A stretch of 64,000 nucleotides of DNA from Calditrichia bacterium (GCA_050633245.1 JBOEGD010000014.1:9918-73917), one strand, 5' to 3'. Shown: positions 11,001 to 20,569, counted from the stretch's first letter. Translations and numbers: made by a program. The notes: generated by a model from the letters alone, not told the origin.

Positions 11001-12509
11001 ATTGCGATTGATAGAATAAAATCCGTTTCGCCCTTTCAAGAGCGAATCCAATTTTTCCTCAACCTGTTCGGGTGTAGTATCAGAAGATGTAAGGTCCCAG
11101 ATAGAACGTCCAGTTGCCTCACTGCTGCTATAGCCGAAAATACGTTCAGCACCAGGATTCCAGGATGTAACCTCGGAGTTCAAGTTCCACTCGACAATTG
11201 CAATGGGGGATTGCAACACCAGTTGGGCCATTTTCCGCTCGGATTCCCGAACATCCATTTCTTCCAGCTTGCGCTGATGAATATCCAGGAGAGTATAAAT
11301 GAATCCCTCAAAAACGCCATTCGCAGCAAAGCGCGGTACGCCATGGCATAGCACCCAACGAAATTCTTCTCCCCGATAGCTGAGGCGAAATTCAACCTGT
11401 ACCTCAGCCTGGTTAATGAACCCCTCGTCGAGTAGATTAGAAATTGGTTCGCGATCGGTGGGGTGTAAATAATCGAACCAGCCGCGGTTTCGCAGCGAAT
11501 CTTCTTCTTCATCTACAAAATCTATCCAGCTTTCACTGAGATATGTTGTGCGCTGCATTTTATCTTCAATTCGCACAAGGAAAGGACCACTATCGGCGAG
11601 GAAAGAAAGATCCTCTTCCTTTTTCTGCAACAGCTGCTCAGCATTTTCGCTAAGACGCTGTAGCTCGTCCTCTTTATTCTGAAGTAAACTTTGCAATTGC
11701 TGAAGCGATTCATTCAGCTCGGTCTTTTGCTCTTCTGCCCGTTGCGCTGCCTGCTGACGAACCTGCTCAATTTCTGTTTGTCGCTCTGAAAGTGACTCGC
11801 TGAGCTGTTCAATTTCACCACGTAGCGTTTGCTCCAGCTGCTGCCACTCTTTTGCCGCTTTAGCTTGAGCCTTTTGAGCCTTCTTTTTCTCGCTGACTGC
11901 CTTATCGCTTTGCTCTTTTGCGTCGGCCTGCAGGCGCTGCTGTTCTTCCTGTAGCGCAGCTAAGTTTTCATCGCGATCGCGAATCAGCCGTTCGGCTTGC
12001 TTGCGATCTGTGATGTCAATGTACATGGCACGCGTGCCAAAAGCTTCCGAGTCCGCATCTTCTGCCTCAGGTATTGCTCTCATCAGCGTGTGCATCACCT
12101 CACCCTTCTTGGTGAGTAGCTGGCATTCTTCAGTAGATATTTCACCAGCAAGTGCGCGCCTGTAACCATCATCCAGCAGAGATTCTCGAAATTCCGGAGC
12201 GTAGAAATCGCTCAGAGGTTTTTCCATTACTTCTACGAGATTGTAGCCAAGAGATTGTAGAAACATTTGATTGCAACCGGTAACAATGGGGGCGCCATCT
12301 TGGTTGCGGGTGGTGACATAGAGGATGGGGGTTTCTTTAAATAAATTACGAAAACGCTGCTCGATCTTGCGTCGCTCAGCGTGCAGTAATCGCTCCAAAC
12401 TATCAACGGGCTTACCAGCGCCATTGACGGAACCATTCAGCTTGTTTTCGGACTGCAGCGATTTGATAGCCTCAATTAGCTGCTTCCGAGTCATCTTACT
12501 ATAATTCAT
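8016..12509 (-). CDS. Large multi-PAS, coiled-coil HisKA_3-type sensor; probable pseudokinase (His->Gln)
   Basis: About eight PAS/PAC repeats (DITxRK-like ends), two Q/E-rich coiled-coil inserts, H-box RISREIQDELGQ, and a HATPase with DNGRG and SLGILGIRER. Confidence 0.88.
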   Translation of the reverse strand: MNYSKMTRKQLIEAIKSLQSENKLNGSVNGAGKPVDSLERLLHAERRKIEQRFRNLFKETPILYVTTRNQDGAPIVTGCNQMFLQSLGYNLVEVMEKPLSDFYAPEFRESLLDDGYRRALAGEISTEECQLLTKKGEVMHTLMRAIPEAEDADSEAFGTRAMYIDITDRKQAERLIRDRDENLAALQEEQQRLQADAKEQSDKAVSEKKKAQKAQAKAAKEWQQLEQTLRGEIEQLSESLSERQTEIEQVRQQAAQRAEEQKTELNESLQQLQSLLQNKEDELQRLSENAEQLLQKKEEDLSFLADSGPFLVRIEDKMQRTTYLSESWIDFVDEEEDSLRNRGWFDYLHPTDREPISNLLDEGFINQAEVQVEFRLSYRGEEFRWVLCHGVPRFAANGVFEGFIYTLLDIHQRKLEEMDVRESERKMAQLVLQSPIAIVEWNLNSEVTSWNPGAERIFGYSSSEATGRSIWDLTSSDTTPEQVEEKLDSLLKGRNGFYSINRNISKNGKPLTCEWYHTMLTDENNRLVGAASLIRDVTQEAKNNEFLRENDERFKVLSEDIPLVNFTTRSNGSFIAVNSYAAEKLGYEVAELTSLALQDVVHIADHELLEAQIEHCMANPSDVDSVQFRMLCKNGDVVWVQNFARRISDPRHDEGLLIVCSDITPMKEAEEALEKGHERYQLLAANSREMVSRHSSDGFFIYSSPASQLLFDFDPEDLIDLNIFEMLHPDDEFSMREIFQSAREDIEMVTENVRIRHREGHYIWCEMTLTPIVDPLTNEVVEVVSSTRDISRIMELEESLRSARSGLGGSSVDVEALREEARLEVEEATASEIASLQTAREELQRQLEEARNSDDGESIKETIYQSVVEHASDGILLFDEDGSCIDVNTRVCRTLGYTRGGLLALSLEKLLAGSNLDAAAHLASIQAEKPLISEMHLACKDGSTVLVETSMRRLPENQYMAIVRDVTERSRSEEALQRFMAILEATTDFVSMINKDGYSLYINQAGRDMLGLSNEQDVLEKHFRDFHPPDVAEIIEKEGMPIAIKEGVWSNETVFMGPDNKEIPTLQVLIAHKSPDGEVEYFSTIARNIAERKQSEKALRESEERYRMLAANSTDMISKQSPKATFSYVSLASQNLLGYSQDELVGTSLCSLIHKDDLDTLLDCRSRIFREPIVDTVTFRAQHKEGKYVWLETTVRAIFNQDTGLVEETIAVSREVTARKLIEEELRKYYDQLEDLIKERTNKLTLMNNELKEKLTNSVKTERLLKLSNERLRSLSLHTDSMREQERTRISREIQDELGQVLSALQLDIGWLESHLPKRKKILFEKTKLMSNLIELTNQRVQRISQELRPEALDNLDFSAAISWQAREFERRSNIACQLVVRAKNVILDKDVANILFRIFQEVMNNVSQHSEASEVTVILETRDDSLLLTIEDNGRGITEEELNAPESLGILGIRERIFYLKGNVSFSSEIDEGTTITLEVPLDTTTGGSIKATPIE

Positions 12510-12778
12510 TGATCTTCTCCGGAATAGCTTATCCCCAGCGCTCCTAAGGTTTCAGCAGATAAATTGAGTTGCCTAATTCCTAATTTCCGACGGTATTTTA
12601 ATTAGGTCATACCAGCCGTTGCGCAAAAAATGCTATGTCCAGGTTGCGGCTTCTATACAGCTCCCCCACTGACATGTCTAAAATAACGCATGTACATCGT
12701 CTGAAATTTTGATTTATTCCACAAACTAGCAAGCGGCTTTAGTAACAATTTTTATATTGCGGCTAAAAAAACAGCATA

Positions 12779-15151
12779 CTATCGCCAGAAATAAGGGTGT
12801 ATTTCGTCTCCGTGTATCTCTAGCCAGATTGCCCCATGCCTGTCGGTCCGCAGTATTTTACTATCGAAATCCAACAGTCTTTGCAGCGTTCGTGGCGATG
12901 GATGCCTGAAGCGATTCTTCCTTCCCGCAGAAATAAGAGCATATTTGGGCTTCACATGCTTCAAAAGCGCAGGTGTTGCCGATGTTTTACTTCCGTGATG
13001 TCCAACCTTTAAAACAGTACTGTGCAAAAGCTCTTCCCATCCCAAGAGCGCCTCTTCGCCCACGGCTTCAGCGTCACCGGTAAATAACATACTGACCGAA
13101 CGATGGCGAATGAGAAAACACAGAGATCGGTTATTTATCGGAGAAGATAAGTCTTCGCGCCGCAGAATTCCCGGTGACGGTCCTAACATATACAAACGAG
13201 TTTCACGATCAAGTTCTAACCAGTTTCCGCGTTTCAAAGTGCGACTACCAATTCCATACCGTCCGACGAGCTTTTTTAATTCTCCGTTTTCATTAGAATC
13301 GACTCCATTCGGAGGCAAGTAAAGGCTGTCTACCGGAATAGTCGAAATTAGTTTTGACAATCCACCGGTATGGTCGCGATGAGGATGGGTGATAAAAATC
13401 TTATCCAAACGCTCGATACCAATTTCTTTCAAAGTTGGTAAAACTATCCGCTCACCGCTGTTAAAATAGCGGTTTGCCGGGCCGCAATCAATCAACAGCG
13501 TTTGGCCTGAGCGCAATCGCAATACCAGCGCTTCCCCCTGCCCCACATCCAGTACAATGAGCTGTGCAACAGGAACAGCAGGAAAATGACTGTGAATCAC
13601 CACAATGCCAACAAAGATCATGGCAATCGGACGCCAGAGCCGCAGGCGAAAGGGAAGCCTTATAAAAAAGACCGCAAGCAATAGCCAAACTAAAACCGCC
13701 TGCAATACGCTTGTAAGTTGGATGTCAAGAGCAACACCGGGCAGTTCACTCAATCTATGAACAGTATCGATTTTTGCCCGCAACAGCATGCCAATTAGAT
13801 CATTAACTAAATCTCCGACGTAAACAACCTCCTGGAGCAGGAAAACAAACGGGCCCGCACTAACTAAAAATGCAACAACAGGCAGAATGGCTAAATTAAA
13901 CACAATGGAAAGTGGTGCAAGTTGCCCAAAATAAAAGGCAACCAGCGGAGCCGTACCAATCTGAGCGGCCAGTGAAACCGCCAAAGATGGAGCAAGACGA
14001 ACCAGAGCATCCGACTTTGGCGACAGTTTCAAAACATTCTCAAACGCCAACTGAAGGCGCAGATAAATAAAATTGATCCAAAAGACCGCCATAAAAGACA
14101 GCTGAAAACCAATCCAAAACAGCTGCTGTGGCCACAGTAGCAAGATGATAAATGCCGCCAGAAACAATATTTGTTGAGAATGAACGGAGCGCTCCAATCC
14201 ACGGCATACCAACCACAAGGCACCCATAATCACCGCGCGCGTCACCGCAGGTTGAATACCGGTTATCAGTAAAAAAAGCAGTAGAGAGACAATAATTAGT
14301 ATACTGCGAGCCCAACCACGGAACCCTAACAGCTTGAATAGCGCCAGCAAAAGTGCAAGAAGAAATCCTACATGCAAACCACTAACGGCCAAGACGTGCA
14401 CCAAACCGGTTCGTTGAAAATCTTTCCGAATATCAGAGTCAAGCTGTTTGGCCTGCCCCAACCAAAGTGCCTTCAGCAATGAGGCTTCGCGCGGGGGAAA
14501 CGCCAGATCCAACCGTTCGGCAAGCGAGCTGCGTAAGTTTGCCAATTCGGAACGCAGCGAAGGGGCACCAACGAAATGCCTGAACTGAATCTGCTTGCGA
14601 ACATCGCAGATAATTCGAATACCGCGGCTTTCAAGATACTGCCGGTAGTCAAAGCTACCGGGATTGCGTGCCGAAAGTGGTTGTTCAAATTGAACCTTAT
14701 GCAGCAACACACCATCTCCCGGAGATAAATTGCCGGTTCCTGCAGGTAGATAAAGCTGGATCGTTTGACTTGTCTCAAATATGTCTTCCTCTAACCATAT
14801 CGCCCGCAGCTCCGCAACAGCACTCAGTCGACGCCCGGTACGCACCGACACAATCTCGGCCGCAACAGAATCACACTGCAAAGGAAGGTGCTCTACCGCT
14901 AGCGGCAAAAAGGATTCTGACTGCCAGATAGAGAAACGAAAAAAGCCTGCCAAGAAAACTATTAAGAGAAGCATTGTCGGTTTAAAGAAAAAGCGGTCTC
15001 TTGGGGTCAATATGCTGACGAGCGTTATTACGCTGCAAATTCCAACAATAAGGCCAACTACGGCAAAACGAAGTTCTACAGAAGCAGCAAAAATACCGCA
15101 GGCAAATACTGGTGTAACAATAACCAGAGGTGTTACTGTTGGAAATCGCAT
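12779..15151 (-). CDS. comEC: DNA internalization competence protein ComEC/Rec2
   Basis: NPGSFDY, GLVHVLAVSGLHV, GFQLSF; metallo-beta-lactamase domain with DVGQG, THPHRDH and KVGHHGS. Confidence 0.93.
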   Translation of the reverse strand: MRFPTVTPLVIVTPVFACGIFAASVELRFAVVGLIVGICSVITLVSILTPRDRFFFKPTMLLLIVFLAGFFRFSIWQSESFLPLAVEHLPLQCDSVAAEIVSVRTGRRLSAVAELRAIWLEEDIFETSQTIQLYLPAGTGNLSPGDGVLLHKVQFEQPLSARNPGSFDYRQYLESRGIRIICDVRKQIQFRHFVGAPSLRSELANLRSSLAERLDLAFPPREASLLKALWLGQAKQLDSDIRKDFQRTGLVHVLAVSGLHVGFLLALLLALFKLLGFRGWARSILIIVSLLLFLLITGIQPAVTRAVIMGALWLVCRGLERSVHSQQILFLAAFIILLLWPQQLFWIGFQLSFMAVFWINFIYLRLQLAFENVLKLSPKSDALVRLAPSLAVSLAAQIGTAPLVAFYFGQLAPLSIVFNLAILPVVAFLVSAGPFVFLLQEVVYVGDLVNDLIGMLLRAKIDTVHRLSELPGVALDIQLTSVLQAVLVWLLLAVFFIRLPFRLRLWRPIAMIFVGIVVIHSHFPAVPVAQLIVLDVGQGEALVLRLRSGQTLLIDCGPANRYFNSGERIVLPTLKEIGIERLDKIFITHPHRDHTGGLSKLISTIPVDSLYLPPNGVDSNENGELKKLVGRYGIGSRTLKRGNWLELDRETRLYMLGPSPGILRREDLSSPINNRSLCFLIRHRSVSMLFTGDAEAVGEEALLGWEELLHSTVLKVGHHGSKTSATPALLKHVKPKYALISAGRKNRFRHPSPRTLQRLLDFDSKILRTDRHGAIWLEIHGDEIHPYFWR

Positions 15152-15193
15152 TCTTTTAATATTCGCATTAGGTAAAAAGGAGGGGGTACTGTG

Positions 15194-15236
15194 TTATTCG
15201 GGCATAACTCATTTTTTTTGAATGATGCCCGAATAA
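15194..15236 (-). terminator. Hairpin downstream of the GH13 gene
   Basis: Inverted repeat TTATTCGGGCAT...ATGCCCGAATAA. Confidence 0.5.
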
Positions 15237-15245
15237 AGATTAGAA

Positions 15246-16706
15246 TCAATCTGAGGTTTTTAAAACGAGAGCCGATCGAGCTGGAATCGTGATATTCCTC
15301 AGAATACCGTTATCAGGCTGTAAATCCGCATGACGTCCCCAAACAGCGGATAGGAGAAACGTTGAACCAGGTTTCAGTTCAAGGTCAATCGTATTGGCAG
15401 TATCAGCAGCATTGAAAATTCCAACCATCACCTGACCATCAAGCTCGCGGGTGAATGCAAACACCTGATCGGCGGCAAGAATTTGTTTGTAAACGCCGGT
15501 TTGCAGAGCAGCATGATTATTGCGCAATGCAATCGCACGACGATAAAAGTTTAACAGCTCATTATCCCATAAAGCTTCATCATGCCAGGGAAACGCATTG
15601 CGCGATAGCGGTTCCTGTCCACCGGTAAGACCAACTTCATTTCCATAATAAACACAGGGTGCACCGGGCATCGTCATGTGGAATAGGATGCAAAGCTCCA
15701 TCGCGCTCCTGTCTTCGCCTACCATCCAGTGTAAACGTGCTGTATCATGACTATCAAAAAAATTCATCTGCGCAAAATTAATTTCCCAATCATACGAGGC
15801 ATATACTTCTTCAATCCGCTCTGCGAATACCGTTACATCAATAGAATTGAGCGTCATATCGCCACCTTTATAGTTCTCAGGGAGGGTTTTCGCAGCGAAG
15901 AAATTGATGGCCGCTCCACCGAATGGATAGTTCATGAGTGCATCGAAGCGATCGCCCTGTAGCCATTCCGGAGCAACATGCCAAATCTCGCCACAAATGT
16001 ATGCTTCCGGGTTTACGCCTTTCACAACCTTTCTAAACTCGCGCCAAAATGGTGGATCATCAATTTCTGCAGCAACGTCTAACCGCCAGCCGTCAATCCC
16101 AAATTCCACCCAATATTTTGCAACATCAAGCAAATACTTGCGTACGCCGGGATTCTTAATGTTAAACTTTGGCAAGGCAGGCAAATTCCACCAGGCATCA
16201 TAGTTTGGTGGGTTTTTCTTATTACTCGTATACGGGCGCAGCGGCCAATCGTGAACCTTGAACCAGTCTATGTAGGGCGAGTTTCCACCATTCTCCAGAA
16301 TATGATGAAAAGCCCAAAAGCCACGACTGGCGTGATTAAAAACGCCATCCAATACAATTTTTATATCGCGCTTATGCGATTCATCAAGTAGCTCTCTAAG
16401 TGCATCGTTGCCACCAAGCAACGGGTCTACCTGCATATAATCGAAGGTATGATAGCGATGATTCGAGGCCGACGAGAAGATGGGATTAAGATATATTGCA
16501 TTGATCCCGAGCTCTAGCAGATAATCCAGCTTGTCGACAACACCATACAGATCACCTCCCTGATACCCCTGCTCTTCGGGTGGACTTCCCCACGGCTTAA
16601 ACGTTATTCCAGACGTGTGTTTGGTACGCTCACTTTTAGCAAATCGATCGGGGAAAATCTGATAAAAAACCGCCCTTTTTACCCAATCCGGTGTCTTAAT
16701 CGCCAT
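15246..16706 (-). CDS. GH13 cyclomaltodextrinase/neopullulanase-type alpha-glucanase
   Basis: FYQIFPDRF, DGVFNH, GWRLDV (nucleophile), GEIW (acid/base) and SHD motifs. Confidence 0.92.
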   Translation of the reverse strand: MAIKTPDWVKRAVFYQIFPDRFAKSERTKHTSGITFKPWGSPPEEQGYQGGDLYGVVDKLDYLLELGINAIYLNPIFSSASNHRYHTFDYMQVDPLLGGNDALRELLDESHKRDIKIVLDGVFNHASRGFWAFHHILENGGNSPYIDWFKVHDWPLRPYTSNKKNPPNYDAWWNLPALPKFNIKNPGVRKYLLDVAKYWVEFGIDGWRLDVAAEIDDPPFWREFRKVVKGVNPEAYICGEIWHVAPEWLQGDRFDALMNYPFGGAAINFFAAKTLPENYKGGDMTLNSIDVTVFAERIEEVYASYDWEINFAQMNFFDSHDTARLHWMVGEDRSAMELCILFHMTMPGAPCVYYGNEVGLTGGQEPLSRNAFPWHDEALWDNELLNFYRRAIALRNNHAALQTGVYKQILAADQVFAFTRELDGQVMVGIFNAADTANTIDLELKPGSTFLLSAVWGRHADLQPDNGILRNITIPARSALVLKTSD

Positions 16707-16770
16707 CTATACTTTCCTTTCTGCTTTTCAGTTTGCGAAGAAGCTACTCATTTTTTCAGTTTGCGACAAC

Positions 16771-16949
16771 CGCGAAAGCGCAATCCCGAGGCGATACTTA
16801 AAATCGCAACGCCTCGGGACAAATCGTTGTAGAGCATGAAATAAGGAGCTGTAAACTTCCCTTAAATCATGCCCTACAAAAAATATAATAAACGTAGTTA
16901 TCCAAATTAAAAGGCAAGCCCGGAGGAAAACAAAATGTGTCCCTCCGGG
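16771..16949. repeat. Cluster of intergenic inverted repeats including a GTAG...CTAC REP-like element
   Basis: Stems at 16771-16780, 16784-16819, 16827-16879 (TTGTAGAGCATGA/TCATGCCCTACAA) and 16919-16949. Confidence 0.6.
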
Positions 16950-16959
16950 AGATTAGAGG

Positions 16960-18225
16960 CTAAAGACGTAGTCTGGAGCTCGCAGAGATTGTGACTCCTT
17001 CCGCCGTCCCTGGCAGGAAACTACCGTGGTTTACTATTCCTAAGTCGATATAAAAAAAACTGAGATTCAGACCTACACCTACAGCTGTAGACATTTTGTT
17101 AATTCCGCCAAATGACATTCCGGCGCGTAGCGGCAAAAACGAAAGCCAGCTAAATTCACTGCCAAACGACATTTCAAAACCCTGTGAATAAAGATCACCG
17201 GCAAATCCCTTGGAAATACGTCCGGTAAACAACCAGCTTTTTGAGGCTTGAAAAGCCGTGCCATAATCCAAAACCAATGGAAGGCGCGTGCTGAAAGCAC
17301 TGGCTGCAAAAGTAGTGTCTTCTGTGACAACTAAACTGTCTTCAATGCCGTCGACAGTGAGAGTGAGGCTGTCCGAGCTGATGTCGTATAATCTTATTTC
17401 CGGCTGATTGTTCCAGGTGATACTTCCCAGAACATTATTTACCGAAAAGCTATGGGTCCAATTTCCACGACTTTGGGCAACCACACCAATATCCAACCCA
17501 AATCCGCTACCCCCGCGGGCAGTAAGCAATTCCGCGCGGCCATCTAACTCCATAACCGGATTTTCAAAGCTGGCATTTGCAAATGAGCCGCTTGAGTTTT
17601 CCACATTAGCATAACCCAGCCCGCCAAAGTATTTACCATTTGCACCGATTGAGAAATGCTTAAAGTGTTTATTGTTGTCCATATTTAACGGAATCGCCAA
17701 TCCAAAGTTGATTGCCATCCCGGCCCAGGCGCCGCCGTCAACATTCGAGAAGTCGTAGGTTTTACCGAGCTCCTCATTGCCGTAGAAGGCCAGCTCTGCA
17801 ACCTCCTTGGGGATAACGAAGTCGCCATCTGCCATTGCAGTAACCCCGATAGTAAACTTCGGTGCATAAATGGACATTAAGTTCACGCGCGCTCGCATTG
17901 CCCCTTCAATTCCTGTAGATGGAATTGAGGAAAGCAGCGTATTTTTGTCCGTATCAGTAAGGAAGTCACCCGTGGTGAAGTAATCGTCGTAGGTGCCTCT
18001 ATTGAAGCTGTTATTCGACGCATTGAGGCTGGCAGATACCAGATTAAGTTCAAAGTTATAAGACGTCGGCAAAGCAAAACTGGCAGGGTTCAATCCCACA
18101 GCCTGCAGGCCGCGTGATGCAGCAGGATTGCTAAAAGCCATACCGGCAGCACGGGCATCATTACTCTGCTGAGCAGCCAGCGAGGTAATAAGAAACAGTA
18201 CTAACATGATCAATTTCGTTTTCAT
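16960..18225 (-). CDS. Outer-membrane beta-barrel protein, DUF5723/TraF-like
   Basis: Signal peptide, ARAAGMA...LNPA N-terminal motif, GFGLDIG and LPLRAG motifs. Confidence 0.7.
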   Translation of the reverse strand: MKTKLIMLVLFLITSLAAQQSNDARAAGMAFSNPAASRGLQAVGLNPASFALPTSYNFELNLVSASLNASNNSFNRGTYDDYFTTGDFLTDTDKNTLLSSIPSTGIEGAMRARVNLMSIYAPKFTIGVTAMADGDFVIPKEVAELAFYGNEELGKTYDFSNVDGGAWAGMAINFGLAIPLNMDNNKHFKHFSIGANGKYFGGLGYANVENSSGSFANASFENPVMELDGRAELLTARGGSGFGLDIGVVAQSRGNWTHSFSVNNVLGSITWNNQPEIRLYDISSDSLTLTVDGIEDSLVVTEDTTFAASAFSTRLPLVLDYGTAFQASKSWLFTGRISKGFAGDLYSQGFEMSFGSEFSWLSFLPLRAGMSFGGINKMSTAVGVGLNLSFFYIDLGIVNHGSFLPGTAEGVTISASSRLRL

Positions 18226-18264
18226 AGTCCCAAATCCTTTTGGTTTATGACCAGACGTCCCTGT

Positions 18265-20397
18265 CTAGTCTTTCACATTGATTTCTACGCGTGCCATACC
18301 GGCGATTTTAAGAAAGTCCGATGCCCGAACTGCGACCGTGCCGTTCGTTTCCGGAATGCGTAGCTGATAACCAATGCGCAGCGGTGGATTCTGAAATAAC
18401 ATTGCTTGCTCTTTAGTGAGCTGTAGAAGCAGTTCGTTTTGCGCTGCTTCCGTAACGAAGCCCGTGACCGGGTCAATAGTTGCTTCAGTAATGGTAATTG
18501 TTTTTTCAAACTCCAGCTCCGGATTAATCGGGGCTTCATCATAAATACTTATTCGGGCCGGGTCGGCGCTAACGATTAGCCTAAACGAGGCGCCCAGAGG
18601 CGTATGATTAGTAAGTTGAACCGCCAGTTCAGCATTTTCAAAGTTTTCCTCAGTGGCCTCCTGCAAGTCATCATCAATATCTTCATCGAACAGTATTTCT
18701 TCATCGCCTTCCCAAATAGCTTCCTGAGAAATTTCGAACATCAATGGTGTTGCAAAACTATAACTGCCAGAGATGGCGGCATTTTGATTGATTTCAACAT
18801 CTCCCGACCCACGAACATTACCCGAGGTGCGTATATCTGTTGGTAAAATGTTAAGCAGGTTAGCGATATCTGCTCCATCGATGGTTATAACTGTGGTTCC
18901 AGGTGCTCCCGGACGACCAGGGTTTATACGACGATCAGTAATCGCTACAACAGCCGAGTCTGTAATTCCGCCACTTTCCTCACGGTGGTAGCCAACAACA
19001 AACAAGTCCAGAGCTAAGTTCTCAATATAAATCTCATTATTTAATACGAGCTGCAAACTCGCATTATTTAGCGAAATACCTTCTGGAAAATCGGAGTAGT
19101 CAACAAGGTCTTTTTCTTCGATCGGGTCGATATCAAATGTATCAGGAGACATAAATCCGGCAAATGAACGTAGATTAATATTGCGAACTGAGATATCCAC
19201 AACTACTCGGTCACTCGATCGAACATGCAGGTAACCCTGTGGTGCTTCGGTAGTTGCCGTGTAGAAGACAGATAAGCTATCTACATATTTGCCTGTGGGC
19301 TCAGCTATGCGCATATCGCTCAGATCCAATACCAACTGCTGCTGATCGCCCGGCTCGAGGTGCAAGTTATCGACAAAACTATTTCCCTGTGCATCCAGCA
19401 AATTGGGAATATTTACTTCAACATCCGTTTCCAAACCTGTTTCATTGGTAAAATCAAGATCGATAACCCCTGCATCCATCACCACTTCACGCAGCTGGTG
19501 CTCCGTTTCAATTGCAAAGGAGAGGGTATCCGAGAATTCCTGTGGATCGATTCTGGCAATTGCCTCGTCGGCTACCACATCGTCCAGCGTTGAAGAAAGT
19601 TCAACCCCTGTAGAATCCAACATTCCCGAGCGCAGACCAAAGGTGGTTGTTTGTGGAACGGGCAGCGTGTAGCTTACAGTGAGTGGAGCATAAATCCAGC
19701 CATCCGGTGTTGTTAGCGGACTCGTTTCATCCACCGTATCTCCCGGCGCGACAGTAGTTGGGACGCTTACACTAAGCACTTCTTGTCCGGTGCTATCGGT
19801 AATCGTAAACTGCATTCCGTTTGGCGTAGCAGCGTTTGGTCCCAGTGAAAAAGGTAAATTATTTATAAACACGACGCGCATAGATCCGCTAACAACGTGG
19901 ATGCCAATAAAATCATCCGATTCGATAACCGTCGGATCCGGAGTGAGAGTCACTTCGGGAATCGTTACCGGGATTTCCAGACCGTCCTGTGCAAGCGCGC
20001 GCAATTCCGGATAAATCTGCCCCAATGTTACAGGATCACTTTCAATTACCTCCAGGCTGCCAATGTCGAGCTGCCCGACTGCGAAGTATTGCGTCGTGTC
20101 AATTGCGCCAAGCGTAAAGTCTACAGCTGAGACTTCTGTGGTATCCAGGTCGCCATCAAAGTTGATGTAAATCAGTGAATCCGCACCTTGCGCAACAATT
20201 GTAGAATCGTTAATTATTTCTTCGCCAAGCTTAAAAGTCTCCTCAGCAAACGGAACGTTTACCGTAACAGCCCACTGTGGAAGCACCGGTTCCTCGAAGG
20301 AACAACTGCTAAGCAGAGCCAGAATGAGTGCGCAAAAGATGCTGTAGAAGCGCAGACTAATTGGCGGATGGTTGGTCGAGTTGAATAATGCTTTCAT
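18265..20397 (-). CDS. Large acidic beta-rich lipoprotein
   Basis: Lipobox LSSC followed by SFEEPVLPQW; repeated N-x-L/T-P beta motifs; 39 bp upstream of the barrel gene. Confidence 0.75.
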   Translation of the reverse strand: MKALFNSTNHPPISLRFYSIFCALILALLSSCSFEEPVLPQWAVTVNVPFAEETFKLGEEIINDSTIVAQGADSLIYINFDGDLDTTEVSAVDFTLGAIDTTQYFAVGQLDIGSLEVIESDPVTLGQIYPELRALAQDGLEIPVTIPEVTLTPDPTVIESDDFIGIHVVSGSMRVVFINNLPFSLGPNAATPNGMQFTITDSTGQEVLSVSVPTTVAPGDTVDETSPLTTPDGWIYAPLTVSYTLPVPQTTTFGLRSGMLDSTGVELSSTLDDVVADEAIARIDPQEFSDTLSFAIETEHQLREVVMDAGVIDLDFTNETGLETDVEVNIPNLLDAQGNSFVDNLHLEPGDQQQLVLDLSDMRIAEPTGKYVDSLSVFYTATTEAPQGYLHVRSSDRVVVDISVRNINLRSFAGFMSPDTFDIDPIEEKDLVDYSDFPEGISLNNASLQLVLNNEIYIENLALDLFVVGYHREESGGITDSAVVAITDRRINPGRPGAPGTTVITIDGADIANLLNILPTDIRTSGNVRGSGDVEINQNAAISGSYSFATPLMFEISQEAIWEGDEEILFDEDIDDDLQEATEENFENAELAVQLTNHTPLGASFRLIVSADPARISIYDEAPINPELEFEKTITITEATIDPVTGFVTEAAQNELLLQLTKEQAMLFQNPPLRIGYQLRIPETNGTVAVRASDFLKIAGMARVEINVKD

Positions 20398-20569
20398 AGT
20401 ATTCTTCCTTGAATTTTTATGATTCTTCCCTGAATCCTTAGTGCTGTTTCGATGTCAAAGACCAAACCGAAGAAACAGCACGCAACTCCTGACATTATCT
20501 ACGACACGGCATGTTAGGACGTTAAATAATTCTTTTAAGGTACTCTTTTTCTGTGGGGTAACACAGACA

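Noticed and set aside
16761-16820. c-di-GMP-I riboswitch suggested by the GAAA tetraloop
   Set aside because: The GGCAAAC/GGGACGCAAAG core is missing and the loop is on the strand opposite the downstream gene.
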